A stretch of DNA of 64,000 bases from an uncultured Acidobacteriota bacterium (GTDB taxonomy: Bacteria > Acidobacteriota > Thermoanaerobaculia > UBA5066 > Gp7-AA6), in the NCBI GenBank assembly GCA_963782585.1, contig CAWAKL010000003.1, positions 259,735-323,734 of the forward strand, given 5' to 3'. The notes under the pieces are model-generated. The model worked only from the letters and a program-made list of their open reading frames with translations, searched no databases and was not told the origin of the DNA. Positions 29,847-39,639 of this stretch are shown one piece after another. Position 1 is the stretch's first letter. Every line of letters begins with the position of its first letter. The translations under genes and the position numbers were made by a program.

Positions 29847-31256
29847 ATGGCGCACCGGGCCGGATTCTCGGACGAATGCGGTGTCTTCGGCGTCAGCGAC
29901 TCGGACGACGCCGCCAATCTCGCGTACCTCGGCCTCTACGCCCTCCAGCACCGAGGCCAGGAGTCGGCGGGCATCGCCTCGCTCGAGGGGCGCAAGATCC
30001 ACGTCGAACGCGAGATGGGCTACGTCGCCGACGTCTTCGACGGTACGCGGCTCTCCCGCCTCCCGGGCCGGACGGCCATCGGCCACGTCCGGTACTCGAC
30101 GGCGGGGGCCTCGCTGCTCCTGAACGCTCAGCCCATCGTGTTCGACACCGGGCGCGGCCCTCTCGCCCTGGCGCACAACGGCAACCTCGTCAACGCCCGG
30201 GAGATCCGGGCCTCCCTCGAGGCGAGCGGGGCCCTCTTCACGACGACCTCGGACTCCGAGATGATCCTCCACCTCGTGGCCCGTTCGAAGGCGCCGACCC
30301 TCACGGCCGCCATCGCCGAGGCGCTGGCCGACGTCCGCGGCGCGTACTCGCTCGTCATCCTCTCCCGCGAAGGGATCTTCGCCGTGCGCGATCCGAACGG
30401 CATCCGCCCCCTCTCGCTCGGTATCCGCGAGGGTTCTCCCGTCGTCGCCTCGGAGACCTGCGCCTTCGATCTCATCGGCGCCACGTACGAGCGCGACGTC
30501 GAACCGGGCGAGATCGTGCGCCTCTCGCGCGAGCGGATTCTCCTCGCACCGGTTCGCCGTTCCCGGTCTCCACGCCCCTGCATCTTCGAGCACGTCTACT
30601 TCGCCCGGCCCGACTCGCAAGGTGTTCGGCCGGAGCGTCGCGACTTCGCGGCAGGGGTTCGGCCGCCGGCTGGCCCGGGAACATCCTGCGAAGGCCGACG
30701 TCGTCGTGGCCGTGCCGGACTCCGGCGATGTACCCGGCGCTCGGGTACGCCGAGGAGTCGGGCATCCCGTTCGCCCTCGGGCTCGTGCGCAACCACTACG
30801 TCGGCCGGACGTTCATCGAGCCCAAGCAGTCGATCCGCCACTTCGGCGTGAAGGTCAAGCTCAACCCGGTGCGCGAGGTCGTCGAGGGCAAGCGCGTCGT
30901 GCTCGTCGACGATTCCATCGTGCGCGGCACGACGTCGCGCAAGATCGTCCGCATGCTGCGCGAGGCCGGCGCGAAGGAGGTCCACGTCCGGGTCTCCTCG
31001 CCGCCGACCATCAAGAGCCTGCCACTACGGCATCGACACGCCGACGAGCGACGAGCTGATCGCGGCGAACCAGTCCGTCGAGGACATCCGCAAGTTCATC
31101 GAAGCGGACACCCTGGGTTATCTGTCGGTCGAGGGCATGCTCGAGACGTTCGGCCGGCCCCAGCAGGCGACCTGCACGGCGTGTTTCACGGGCATCTATC
31201 CCGTCGAGATCGAGGAAGAGGAGCGCGAGAAAGAGCACGCGCTCGAGTCCAAGTAG
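29847..31256 (+). CDS. purF: Amidophosphoribosyltransferase (propeptide and [4Fe-4S] type); frame interrupted three times (about 30619, 30726, 31018)
   Basis: It begins with the propeptide and then CGVFGV. The pieces [62 protein letters not shown] and [15 protein letters not shown] ... [10 protein letters not shown] lie in three frames but join into one PurF. Confidence 0.9.
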
Positions 31257-31272
31257 GCTCGGCCCGCCGGGC

Positions 31273-32553
31273 GTGACGGGATCGGTTCTGCTCGCCACCA
31301 CGATCGCCATTCGCGGGGCGACGCTCGTCGACGGGACGGGATCGCCGCCTCTCGCCGACGCCCTTCTCGTCGTTTCCGGGGATCGCATCGTCTCGGTGGG
31401 GCCGGCTACGCCGGAGGCGCTCGCCGGACTTCCTCCCGGCGCGAAGACGATCGCGGGGAACGGGATGTGGATCGTTCCCGGACTGATCGACGCCCACGTC
31501 CACGCCGAGTCCGACGAGGACCTGAAGGCCATGCTCCGCTGGGGCGTGACGTCGGCCCGCCTGATGGCCGAGGACGTCGCCAGGGCGGAGACTCTCGCGA
31601 AAGCCTCCGACGCTCGCACGGACGTCCCGCAGCTCTTCCCGGCCGCACCCATCTTCACCGCGAAGGGCGGCTGGTGGGATCAGGGCGAGCCGCCCGACAG
31701 CCATCTGAACCGGTTTCCGGCGACGGCGGAGGACGCCCGGAGCGCGGTGCGCCGGGCGAAATCGCTCGGCGGCGCGGAGATCAAGCTCATGCTCGACGAC
31801 ATGGCGTGGTGCCGCGCCCCGAAGCCTCCGCTCGTGAAGCTGTCGCCGGCCGTCGTCGAGGCCCTGATCGGCGAGGCTCGCGCCCAGAAGATGCGTGCGA
31901 TCGTCCACGCGCCGAACCTCCCGGACGCCTCTGCTGCCATCGCCGCCGGCGCGACCGCGCTCGCGCACGGCGTCCTGGACCCTTTCGACGAGGCGACGAT
32001 CGCCGCGATGAAGTCGCGGCCGGCCTTCTACGTGCCGACGATGGACATCTTCGAGTTCCTCGCGGACACGCGCGGTTTCCTCGACTCGGTGTTCTCGGAT
32101 CCGGCCGCGCTGGAGGGGCTTCCGCCGGAGACCGTGGCCCGCTACCGCGCACCGGGCTACGCCGCGGGTTATGCGGAGCGGTATCCCAACTTCGACAACC
32201 TGAGGCGGCGCCTCCCGGCCCTGCGGGAGAACCTGCGGAAGCTGCATGCCGCGGGCGTCCCGGTCGCTCTCGGCACCGACATGTGGGCGTTCCCCGGTCT
32301 CGGCGTCTCGATCGAGCTGGATCTCTTCGTGAAGTCGGGCCTTTCCCCGTCCGAGGCCATCCGCGCGGCGACGCAGACGGCGGCGCGCTCGCTCGGCCTC
32401 GACGGCGAGCGCGGAACGCTCGAGCCTGGCAAGCGCGCCGATTTCCTCCTGCTCGGTGCGGATCCCCTCGCGGACGTGAAGAACACGCGCCGGATCCGCG
32501 AGGTCTGGAAGCGGGGTCAGCCCGTCTGGACCGCTCCGGCCTCGAAAAACTGA
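31273..32553 (+). CDS. Amidohydrolase-family metal-dependent hydrolase
   Basis: [24 protein letters not shown] and [14 protein letters not shown] are typical of the amidohydrolase superfamily. Confidence 0.8.
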   Translation: MTGSVLLATTIAIRGATLVDGTGSPPLADALLVVSGDRIVSVGPATPEALAGLPPGAKTIAGNGMWIVPGLIDAHVHAESDEDLKAMLRWGVTSARLMAEDVARAETLAKASDARTDVPQLFPAAPIFTAKGGWWDQGEPPDSHLNRFPATAEDARSAVRRAKSLGGAEIKLMLDDMAWCRAPKPPLVKLSPAVVEALIGEARAQKMRAIVHAPNLPDASAAIAAGATALAHGVLDPFDEATIAAMKSRPAFYVPTMDIFEFLADTRGFLDSVFSDPAALEGLPPETVARYRAPGYAAGYAERYPNFDNLRRRLPALRENLRKLHAAGVPVALGTDMWAFPGLGVSIELDLFVKSGLSPSEAIRAATQTAARSLGLDGERGTLEPGKRADFLLLGADPLADVKNTRRIREVWKRGQPVWTAPASKN

Positions 32554-32557
32554 CTGT

Positions 32558-33058
32558 TCAGCAGCCCAGGGCCTTACGCATCCGCGCGAGGTGATGCCAG
32601 GGGTGGCGGAGGGCGTGGTCCTCGATCACGAACTGCGCGGTCATCGGCGCACCGAAGCTCAGCGAGAACGCCGCGGCCGTATCGAGCTCTTCGTCCGTGA
32701 ACGCCCGGACGGCGTCGGCCGCGGCGCGGCTGTTGCGGCGGAGAAGCTCGAGGGCCTCGGCCTTCGTGACGGCGCCCTGCTCCGAGAAGTGCTTGGAGTT
32801 GATTCCGGCGACGACTTCCCAGGTGACGTCCTCGATCGCCTTCCCGCTCGCGATCGTCTTCGCGGCGCCCACCTCGATCGGGTACATCGAGGCGACATGA
32901 TGCACGAGTACGCCGAGCGTTCGTCCGTCCTTCTCGCTGCACGGCCGACGCCACTCCGCATCCGAGAGTCCCTCCGCGAATGCCGCAAGCTCGGCGGCTC
33001 CCTGCTCGATACGATCCGCCAGCGCTCCCGCCCGGCGACTCGATCCCACATTCGGCAT
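32558..33058 (-). CDS. DinB-family (four-helix-bundle, metal-binding) protein
   Basis: 166-aa ORF with the conserved His pattern (LVHHVASMY ... IEDHALRHPWHHL). Confidence 0.75.
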   Translation of the reverse strand: MPNVGSSRRAGALADRIEQGAAELAAFAEGLSDAEWRRPCSEKDGRTLGVLVHHVASMYPIEVGAAKTIASGKAIEDVTWEVVAGINSKHFSEQGAVTKAEALELLRRNSRAAADAVRAFTDEELDTAAAFSLSFGAPMTAQFVIEDHALRHPWHHLARMRKALGC

Positions 33059-33184
33059 GACCGGCCCTCCCGCTCTTCAATCTAGAACGCTTCGTACCGC
33101 CCGCGCAATCGGGCTTGAGGTGGCGCCGCCGACAGGCTAACGTCTCCAGCAGATGCAGGCACGAGCCTCGGCTGCCGTGGTCGC

Positions 33185-34879
33185 GTGAGGCGGCGAGGCG
33201 CCATCGGCCTGATCGTCGTCGCCGCCGCGACGGCGGCGCTCTTCCTCGTCTCCCGCGGAAAGTGGTCGGATCCGATCATCGACTCGGGCCGCGAGTGGAT
33301 CGTCCCCGACGCACTTTCGCGCGGAGAGCTGCTCTACCGCGACGTCGTCTACTGGTTCGGGCCGTTCACGCCGTACTGGCACGCGCTGTTCTTCCGTCTC
33401 GCGGGGTCGAGCTTCCGAACGCTCGTCCTGGCCGGACTCGTCTCGTCGACTGCGATCCTCGTGTGCCTCCGGATGGCGCTGCTCCGGATCACCGACGCGA
33501 GGCAGGCGAATGCGTGGACCGCGCTCGCGATTCCCTGGCTGGTCTTCATGCCCGACTCGGGAGGCGCGATCCTGGGCATGGGGTTTCGCATGTGGCACGC
33601 CGCGGGCTTCGGCCTGCTCGCCCTGACGCTCCTGGTTCTCCGTCCGGGCTCGCGGGCCTTCGACTTCGCCGCGGGTCTCGCGGCCGGCGCCGCGGGACTC
33701 TGCCGCACCGAGTGGGGACTGGCGATACTGATCGCCGCCGTCATCGCCCTCGCGCTCCGGTCTCCGAAGCCGACCGTCTCCTCCTGTGCGCGAGTCGTGG
33801 CCGGCTTCGCGCTCGCATTTGGCGTGGGGCTCGGGATCTTCGCCTGGCTCGCCGGGCCCGCCGCGGTCTTTCGGGATGCGCCCGTGCTCCTCTTCAACCT
33901 TCCCGAGGAGACGCGCGCCCACGTGGCGGCTCCCCATCCGGAGATCTGGGCGGCCGGCGTCGTGCAGATGCTCTACTGCGCGTTCGCCTGGCTGGGTCTT
34001 CTGGTCGTGCTCGAAATCCTGGTCCGTTCGAGGCGCGAGCCCGCCCTTGCGCGCAAGCGCCTCGGCATCCTGGCCGCGCTGGTCGTGCTGGCCGGCGCCT
34101 GCGCCGTCATCGCGGGCCTGCCGAACGACGTGCTGCTCGCCGGGACACCTCTCTTGTGCGCCGTTTCCGTCTTCCTCGGCCTGCGGACTCCGCGAGGGAC
34201 TCTCGCGGCGGTCCTCGGCGGGTTCGGGGCGGCCGGTGTGCTGACGTGCGTGCGGCGTCCCTTCTTTCTCTCGGACGCGCCGTACGTCGCGCCGCCGGTC
34301 CTCTTCGCGATCGTGTGCGCGGCGGCCGCCCTCGCGCGGGCGCTCGCGTCACGAGAGCCGGGCGCGCGCTCGGTGCTTTCGACCTGGGCGGCGAGAGCGG
34401 TCGCGACTCTGGCGGCAGGGCTCTTCGTCCTGCGCGCGTTTCAGTACGTCCGCGACGAGCGAACGCCGATCGCCGGCACGGGCGGCATGCTCGGCGCGGC
34501 TCCGGAAACCGCGCGGCGCATCGAAGGCATCGCGGCGCTCCTGCGCGAGAGGACGACGACCGGAGACGGCGTGGTCGTCTTTCCGGAAGGGGAGATCCTC
34601 AACTTCTTGGCCGGACGGCCGAATCCAATCCGCCACAAGCTCTATCTGCCGGGATACCTCAATTCCGACAACGAGCCGGAGGTTCTGGCCGCGCTGAAGG
34701 AGGCGAGGCCCGCCGCCGTAGTGATCTGGCCGAGACCGCTCGGCGAGTACGGCGGCGCCGAATTCGGCGTGGGCTACGGAGCGCGGATTCGCGGCTGGAT
34801 TCGGGAGGACTACGTCGAGATGCCGGCAGAGCCCGGTCGCCCGCACGGGCCGATCGTGGCGGTGCGGAGAAGCCGCTGA
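33185..34879 (+). CDS. Polytopic membrane protein, GT-C-fold-like glycosyltransferase candidate (family X1, copy 1)
   Basis: 564 aa with more than 10 hydrophobic helices. The first-loop acidic motif is GKWSDPIIDSGREW ... RGELLYRDVVYWFGPFTPY, recalling the D..vY..G.lY loop of GT87/DUF2029-type GT-C enzymes. The ~150-aa C-terminal domain is soluble. Confidence 0.55.
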   Translation: MRRRGAIGLIVVAAATAALFLVSRGKWSDPIIDSGREWIVPDALSRGELLYRDVVYWFGPFTPYWHALFFRLAGSSFRTLVLAGLVSSTAILVCLRMALLRITDARQANAWTALAIPWLVFMPDSGGAILGMGFRMWHAAGFGLLALTLLVLRPGSRAFDFAAGLAAGAAGLCRTEWGLAILIAAVIALALRSPKPTVSSCARVVAGFALAFGVGLGIFAWLAGPAAVFRDAPVLLFNLPEETRAHVAAPHPEIWAAGVVQMLYCAFAWLGLLVVLEILVRSRREPALARKRLGILAALVVLAGACAVIAGLPNDVLLAGTPLLCAVSVFLGLRTPRGTLAAVLGGFGAAGVLTCVRRPFFLSDAPYVAPPVLFAIVCAAAALARALASREPGARSVLSTWAARAVATLAAGLFVLRAFQYVRDERTPIAGTGGMLGAAPETARRIEGIAALLRERTTTGDGVVVFPEGEILNFLAGRPNPIRHKLYLPGYLNSDNEPEVLAALKEARPAAVVIWPRPLGEYGGAEFGVGYGARIRGWIREDYVEMPAEPGRPHGPIVAVRRSR

Positions 34880-36684
34880 GCCGGCCCCCGGCGGCACCCG
34901 CGGCCCGAGCGCGACGCGCGTTTCCTTTCGGTATTGGCGCCGCGGCCACGCTCGTGGCCTCCGCGGCTCTCTTTCTCGTTTCTCTCGGGAAGTGGTCGGA
35001 CCCCATCATCGATTCCGGATCCGAGTGGATGTACGCGGACGCCCTGGCCCGCGGCGAGCTGCTCTACCGTGACGTCGTCTACTGGTTCGGGCCATTCACC
35101 CCCTACTTCCAGTCGCTGTTCCTGCGGATCTGGGGGTCGAGCTTCACATCTCTCGTGATCGCGGGCGTCGCCGGCTCTCTCGCGACGCTCGCCGCGCTCC
35201 ACTGGGCGTTGCGCCGCGTCAGCGGCCGCCGGCAGGCTTTCTTCTGGACCGCGCTCGCGGTTCCGGTGCTCGTCTTCATGCCGAACTCGGGCGGGTCGAT
35301 TCTTGGAATGGGCTATCGAAGCTGGCATCCGGCGACGTTTTCGCTCCTCGCCGTGACCTGCGCGTCGAGGCTCGATCGCCGCTCCGGCGCGCGGGGAGCC
35401 CTGCTCGTCGGCACGCTGTGCGCTTTCGCCGGGCTCTCGCGCACGGAGTGGGGGGTGATGGCGCTGGCCGGGTCGGTCGCCGCTTTCTTTCTCTCTCGCG
35501 ACGGGCGTGCCCTGGGGCTTCGCAGCGCCGGAATCGCCGTCGCCGCCGCCGTCCTGGAGTTTGCGGCCGTCGTCGGCCTCTTCGTGAGCCTCGCGGGGAA
35601 AGAGGCCGTTCTGGAAGACGGGAACATTCTCCTGACGGGCGTTTCGCCCGAGACCCGCCGGTTCCTCGTGGCGTTCTCCCACCTCCGGGAGTGGCCGCGC
35701 GGGCTGGTGGAGCTGGCTTATTCGGCGGCGATCGGGAGCGCCGCGCTCCTGCTCGGTCTCTGGATCGCCCTGCGTCCTCGTCTTCGAAGGGGGCGCGGAT
35801 TCATGGCGGCGATCGTCGTGACGGCCGGCGTGGCCGCCGTCGCCGCCCTCGCCGGCGGGGCCCACGGGGCCGTGCTCTTCAGCGCGGCTCCGCTCCTCTG
35901 TCTCCTCGGCCTCGTGGCGGGGATTCTGCGCCGGGGGCGGCCGAGCGCGGCCGCGCTCGGCGGCTTCGGCCTTCTCGGGCTTCTCGCGGCGCACCGCCGG
36001 CCGTTTCACATCAGCGACACGCCGTACGTCGCGCCCCAGCTGCTCTTCACCTTCGCCTGCGTCGCCGGCCTGCTGCACCTGCTCGTCGTCGCGCTCGAGA
36101 CGTCCGACGAACGCCGGCGGCTGACTCGCGTCGGAGTGGCCGGCCTTTCTTTGCTTGTCGTGGTCGCGTTCGCCGGCCGGATCCGCCAGTACGCGGCGGC
36201 GGATCGGGTCTGGATTCCCGGAACCGGCCGGATGTTGAGCGCGAGCGCTCCGACCGCGAGCGAGATCGCCGCGACGGCAGAGGCGGTGCGCGCCGCTCAG
36301 CCCCAAGCATCGACGCTCGTCGTGTTTCCCGAGGGGCAGGTCTTGAACTTCCTCGCGGGAAAGCCGAACCCGATTCGCCAGAAGCTCTACATTCCGGGAT
36401 ATCTCCAGGCGTCGAACGAGCCGCAACTTCTCGAAGACCTCCGCCGGGCGCGCCCCGGAGCGATCGTCCTGTGGCCGCGCCCGACCGACGAATACGGTCC
36501 CGCCGAGTTCGGTGTCGACTATGGCCGCGAGGTGTTCGCCTGGATCGAGCGGAACTACGTTCTCTCGCCGATCCGCTCGACCCGCGGACGCGCTCGCCTC
36601 TATCTTCCGCGCCCGGATCCCGTCGGCGGCGACGACGCCGCGGCGATCGGTCGCGACGCGGTTCCGGTTACACTGAGTCCATGA
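34876..36684 (+). CDS. Polytopic membrane protein, tandem paralog of 33185-34879 (family X1, copy 2); no canonical start codon found
   Basis: About 70% identical to copy 1 in the conserved loop (GKWSDPIIDSGSEWMYADALARGELLYRDVVYWFGPFTPY) and the C-terminus (VVFPEGQVLNFLAGKPNPIRQKLYIPGYL). In frame upstream of the first TM there is only CTG 34876 or ATT, so the start is uncertain. Confidence 0.55.
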   Translation: MSRPPAAPAARARRAFPFGIGAAATLVASAALFLVSLGKWSDPIIDSGSEWMYADALARGELLYRDVVYWFGPFTPYFQSLFLRIWGSSFTSLVIAGVAGSLATLAALHWALRRVSGRRQAFFWTALAVPVLVFMPNSGGSILGMGYRSWHPATFSLLAVTCASRLDRRSGARGALLVGTLCAFAGLSRTEWGVMALAGSVAAFFLSRDGRALGLRSAGIAVAAAVLEFAAVVGLFVSLAGKEAVLEDGNILLTGVSPETRRFLVAFSHLREWPRGLVELAYSAAIGSAALLLGLWIALRPRLRRGRGFMAAIVVTAGVAAVAALAGGAHGAVLFSAAPLLCLLGLVAGILRRGRPSAAALGGFGLLGLLAAHRRPFHISDTPYVAPQLLFTFACVAGLLHLLVVALETSDERRRLTRVGVAGLSLLVVVAFAGRIRQYAAADRVWIPGTGRMLSASAPTASEIAATAEAVRAAQPQASTLVVFPEGQVLNFLAGKPNPIRQKLYIPGYLQASNEPQLLEDLRRARPGAIVLWPRPTDEYGPAEFGVDYGREVFAWIERNYVLSPIRSTRGRARLYLPRPDPVGGDDAAAIGRDAVPVTLSP

Positions 36685-37886
36685 CGTCCGCGCCGGTTTT
36701 TTCGCGAGAGGTCTGCGTGATCGGGGGAGGGGGCCACGTCGGACTCCCGCTCGCGCTGACCTTCGCCGACTCGGGGCTGAAGACCCTCATCTACGACACG
36801 AACGCGAAGACGGTCGACATGATCCGACGCGGCGTCATGCCCTTCACCGAGCAGGGCGCGCCGGAGCTGCTCCGGAAGGTTCTCGACTCGGGTCTGCTCG
36901 AGGTGAGCGAGACGGCGAAAGGGATGAGCGAGTGCCGATTCCTGGTGCTCGTCATCGGGACGCCCGTCGACCAGCATCTGACACCGAGCTTCACGGGGTT
37001 GAACCGGGCGATCGACGCCTGCGCGGAGCATCTTCGCAACGGTCAGATCCTGATCCTCCGGAGCACGATCTTTCCGGGGATCAGCGAGCACATCCAGAAG
37101 AACCTCAAGGCCCGCGGCCTCGACATCCGCGTGGCGTTCTGTCCGGAGAGGGTGGCCCAGGGCCAGAGCCTCCGGGAGATCCGGCAGCTGCCGCAGATCC
37201 TGAGCGCGTTCGATTCCGAGACTCTCCAAGCTGTTCGCGAGCTCTTCGGGCGCTTCGCCCACGAATTCATCGACATGAGCCCGATGGAAGCCGAGCTCTG
37301 CAAGCTGATGACCAACGCCACCCGCTACATCCAGTTCGCCATCGCGAACCAGTTCTATACGATCGCCCGCGAGAACGGCCTGGACTTCGATCGCATCCTT
37401 CACGGCTGCCGGCACAACTATCCGCGCATGCAGGGCATGCCGGGGCCCGGGTTCGCCGCGGGGCCCTGCCTGCTCAAGGACACGATGCAGCTCGCGGCGT
37501 TCAGCCGCAATTCGTTCCCGCTCGGCCATTCCGCGATGCTGGTCAACGAGGGCCTGCCGGCGCGGCTGGTCGAGCTCGCGAAGCGCGATCACGACCTTTC
37601 GGACAAGGTCGTCGGCGTTCTCGGCATGGCCTTCAAGGCCGAGAGTGACGACCCCCGCGATTCCCTGAGCTACAAGCTGCGCAACCTGCTGGCCCTCGAG
37701 GCGCGGAAGGTGCTCTGCACCGACCCCTACGTGCCCGATGCGACGCTGATACCGGTCGAGCGCGTGCTCGCGGATGCCGACGTGCTCTTTCTCGCGACGC
37801 CGCACCGGGCCTATCGGGAGCTGCGGATCCCCCCGGGAAAGGTCCTCTACGACGTGTGGAACTGCGTCGCGGACGCGCCCCGTTGA
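36681..37886 (+). CDS. Nucleotide-sugar 6-dehydrogenase (UDP-glucose/GDP-mannose dehydrogenase family)
   Basis: ATG 36681 overlaps the upstream stop. The Rossmann motif VCVIGGGGHVGLPLA, the catalytic region GPGFAAGPCLLKD, and the C-terminal GMAFKAESDDPRDS are present. Confidence 0.85.
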   Translation: MTSAPVFSREVCVIGGGGHVGLPLALTFADSGLKTLIYDTNAKTVDMIRRGVMPFTEQGAPELLRKVLDSGLLEVSETAKGMSECRFLVLVIGTPVDQHLTPSFTGLNRAIDACAEHLRNGQILILRSTIFPGISEHIQKNLKARGLDIRVAFCPERVAQGQSLREIRQLPQILSAFDSETLQAVRELFGRFAHEFIDMSPMEAELCKLMTNATRYIQFAIANQFYTIARENGLDFDRILHGCRHNYPRMQGMPGPGFAAGPCLLKDTMQLAAFSRNSFPLGHSAMLVNEGLPARLVELAKRDHDLSDKVVGVLGMAFKAESDDPRDSLSYKLRNLLALEARKVLCTDPYVPDATLIPVERVLADADVLFLATPHRAYRELRIPPGKVLYDVWNCVADAPR

Positions 37887-38914
37887 GGATCCTCGTCACC
37901 GGCTCGGCCGGGTTCATCGCCGGGTACCTCGTCCAGGAGCTGCTCGCGCGGGGCCACGAGGTCGTGGGCGTCGACAACTACTCCAAGTACGGACGCCTCG
38001 AGAAGAGCTACCAGCAAGATCCGAAGTACCGGTTCGTCGAGGGCGACGCCCGCGACGCCGGCCTTCTGCGCGAGCTTGCGGGGGATTGCGACCACTTTGT
38101 GGCCGGCGCGGCGCGGATCGGGGGCATTTCGTATTTCCACGAGTACGCCTACGACCTGCTGGCCGAGAACGAGCGGATCATCGCGGCGAGCTTCGACGCG
38201 GCGATCGGGGCTCACCGCTCGGGGCGGCTCGCGAAGGTCACGGTTCTCTCGAGCAGCATGGTCTACGAGAACGCGGACGCGTTCCCGACTCCCGAAGAGC
38301 ACGTCCGCGCGTGCCCGCCCCCGACCAGCACCTACGGGTTTCAGAAGCTCGCCTGCGAATATTTCGCGCGCGGCGCCTGGGAGCAGTACGAGCTCCCGTA
38401 CACGATCTGCCGGCCCTTCAACTGCGTGGGCATCGGTGAGACCCGCGCTCTCGGCGGGGCGAACGTCGCGAGCGGAAACGTCCGGCTCGCCATGAGCCAC
38501 GTCGTGCCGGATCTCGTCCAGAAGGTCTTGAAAGGCCAGGATCCGCTCCACATCCTGGGCACCGGGGATCAGGTCCGCTGCTACACCTACGGAGGCGACC
38601 TCGCGCGGGGCATCGCGATCGCCATCGAGCACCCGTCCGCCCGGAACGAAGACTTCAATCTTTCCACCTCGACTCCGACGACGGTCCGGGAGCTGGCCGC
38701 GGCCATCTGGGAGAAAGTGCACGGCGCCGGCCCGGGGGCGAGGCCCTTCCGGTTCGTCAGTGATCCCCCGTACCCGCACGACGTGGCGCAGCGCGTTCCC
38801 GACACGGCCAAGGCGTGGCGGCTTCTGGGATTCGAAGCGACCACCGGACTCTCGGAGATGCTCGACGAGGTCGTGCCGTGGGTCCGACGGGAAATCGCCG
38901 AGGGACGTCTCTGA
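37883..38914 (+). CDS. NAD-dependent epimerase/dehydratase (extended SDR); start TTG 37883 or ATG 37856
   Basis: ILVTGSAGFIAGYLVQELL is the GxxGxxG motif, STYGFQK fits the YxxxK catalytic motif, and the gene overlaps the dehydrogenase stop. Confidence 0.85.
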   Translation: MRILVTGSAGFIAGYLVQELLARGHEVVGVDNYSKYGRLEKSYQQDPKYRFVEGDARDAGLLRELAGDCDHFVAGAARIGGISYFHEYAYDLLAENERIIAASFDAAIGAHRSGRLAKVTVLSSSMVYENADAFPTPEEHVRACPPPTSTYGFQKLACEYFARGAWEQYELPYTICRPFNCVGIGETRALGGANVASGNVRLAMSHVVPDLVQKVLKGQDPLHILGTGDQVRCYTYGGDLARGIAIAIEHPSARNEDFNLSTSTPTTVRELAAAIWEKVHGAGPGARPFRFVSDPPYPHDVAQRVPDTAKAWRLLGFEATTGLSEMLDEVVPWVRREIAEGRL

Positions 38915-39639
38915 GCGACTCCCCGCGCTACTCCCTGGTCGTGCCCGTCTACAACGAGGGCCGCAACATCGCGGCGTTTTGCCGGGCGTTGAAGGTCGCA
39001 CCTCCGGGATACGAGCTGCTGATCTGTCACGATTTTCCGGAGGACGACACCCTGGCGGCGCTCGCGGCTCTGCCGGAGGCCGAGCGGCCGTCGAATCTGC
39101 GGCCGGTCCTGAACACGCTCGGTCCGGGCGCGCGGTTCGCGATCGAGGCCGGGATGCGGGCCGCCGCGGCCCCGGTCGTGGTGGTCACGATGGCGGACGT
39201 TTCGGACGATCTCTCGGGGCTCGAAGAAATGGTGGCGCGCGTCGAAGCCGGCGCGGACGTGGTGTGCTCGAGCCGCTACATGGCCGGGGGCCGGCAATCC
39301 GGCGGCCCGCCGTTCAAGTCGTTCCTGAGCCGTACGGCGGGAGTCACGCTGCACTGGCTTTCCGGGCTGCCGACACACGATCCAACCAACAGCTTCAAGG
39401 CCTACCGCCGGGAGTTTTTGCGGCGCACGCCGATCGAGAGCGCGGCGGGCTTCGCGCTCGCGCTGGAGCTCACGGTCAAAGCCCACTTCGGCGGCGGGCG
39501 AGTCGAAGAGGTGCCGGGAACCTGGACCGGGCGCACGGAGGGTGAAAGCCGCTTCCGCCTCTTCTCCTGGTTGCCGCACTACTGGCGCTGGTACTTCTGG
39601 GCGCTCAAGAAGCGGGTCGGGAGACGGCGCGCCGGATGA
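38878..39639 (+). CDS. GT2-family polyprenyl-phosphate glycosyltransferase (Dpm1/ArnC-like); start uncertain
   Basis: YSLVVPVYNEGRNI, the DxD-like MADVSDD, and PTHDPTNSFKAYRR are present. The gene sits immediately upstream of a GT-C gene. The GTG 38878 or CTG 38911 start overlaps the SDR gene. Confidence 0.8.
   Translation: MGPTGNRRGTSLSDSPRYSLVVPVYNEGRNIAAFCRALKVAPPGYELLICHDFPEDDTLAALAALPEAERPSNLRPVLNTLGPGARFAIEAGMRAAAAPVVVVTMADVSDDLSGLEEMVARVEAGADVVCSSRYMAGGRQSGGPPFKSFLSRTAGVTLHWLSGLPTHDPTNSFKAYRREFLRRTPIESAAGFALALELTVKAHFGGGRVEEVPGTWTGRTEGESRFRLFSWLPHYWRWYFWALKKRVGRRRAG

Noticed and set aside
33115-36684. A single 1189-aa ORF spanning both X1 membrane-protein genes
   Set aside because: Its first ~590 aa are an Arg/Pro-rich shadow frame of gene 33185-34879. 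Only the part from about 34876 onward matches the paralog and is hydrophobic.
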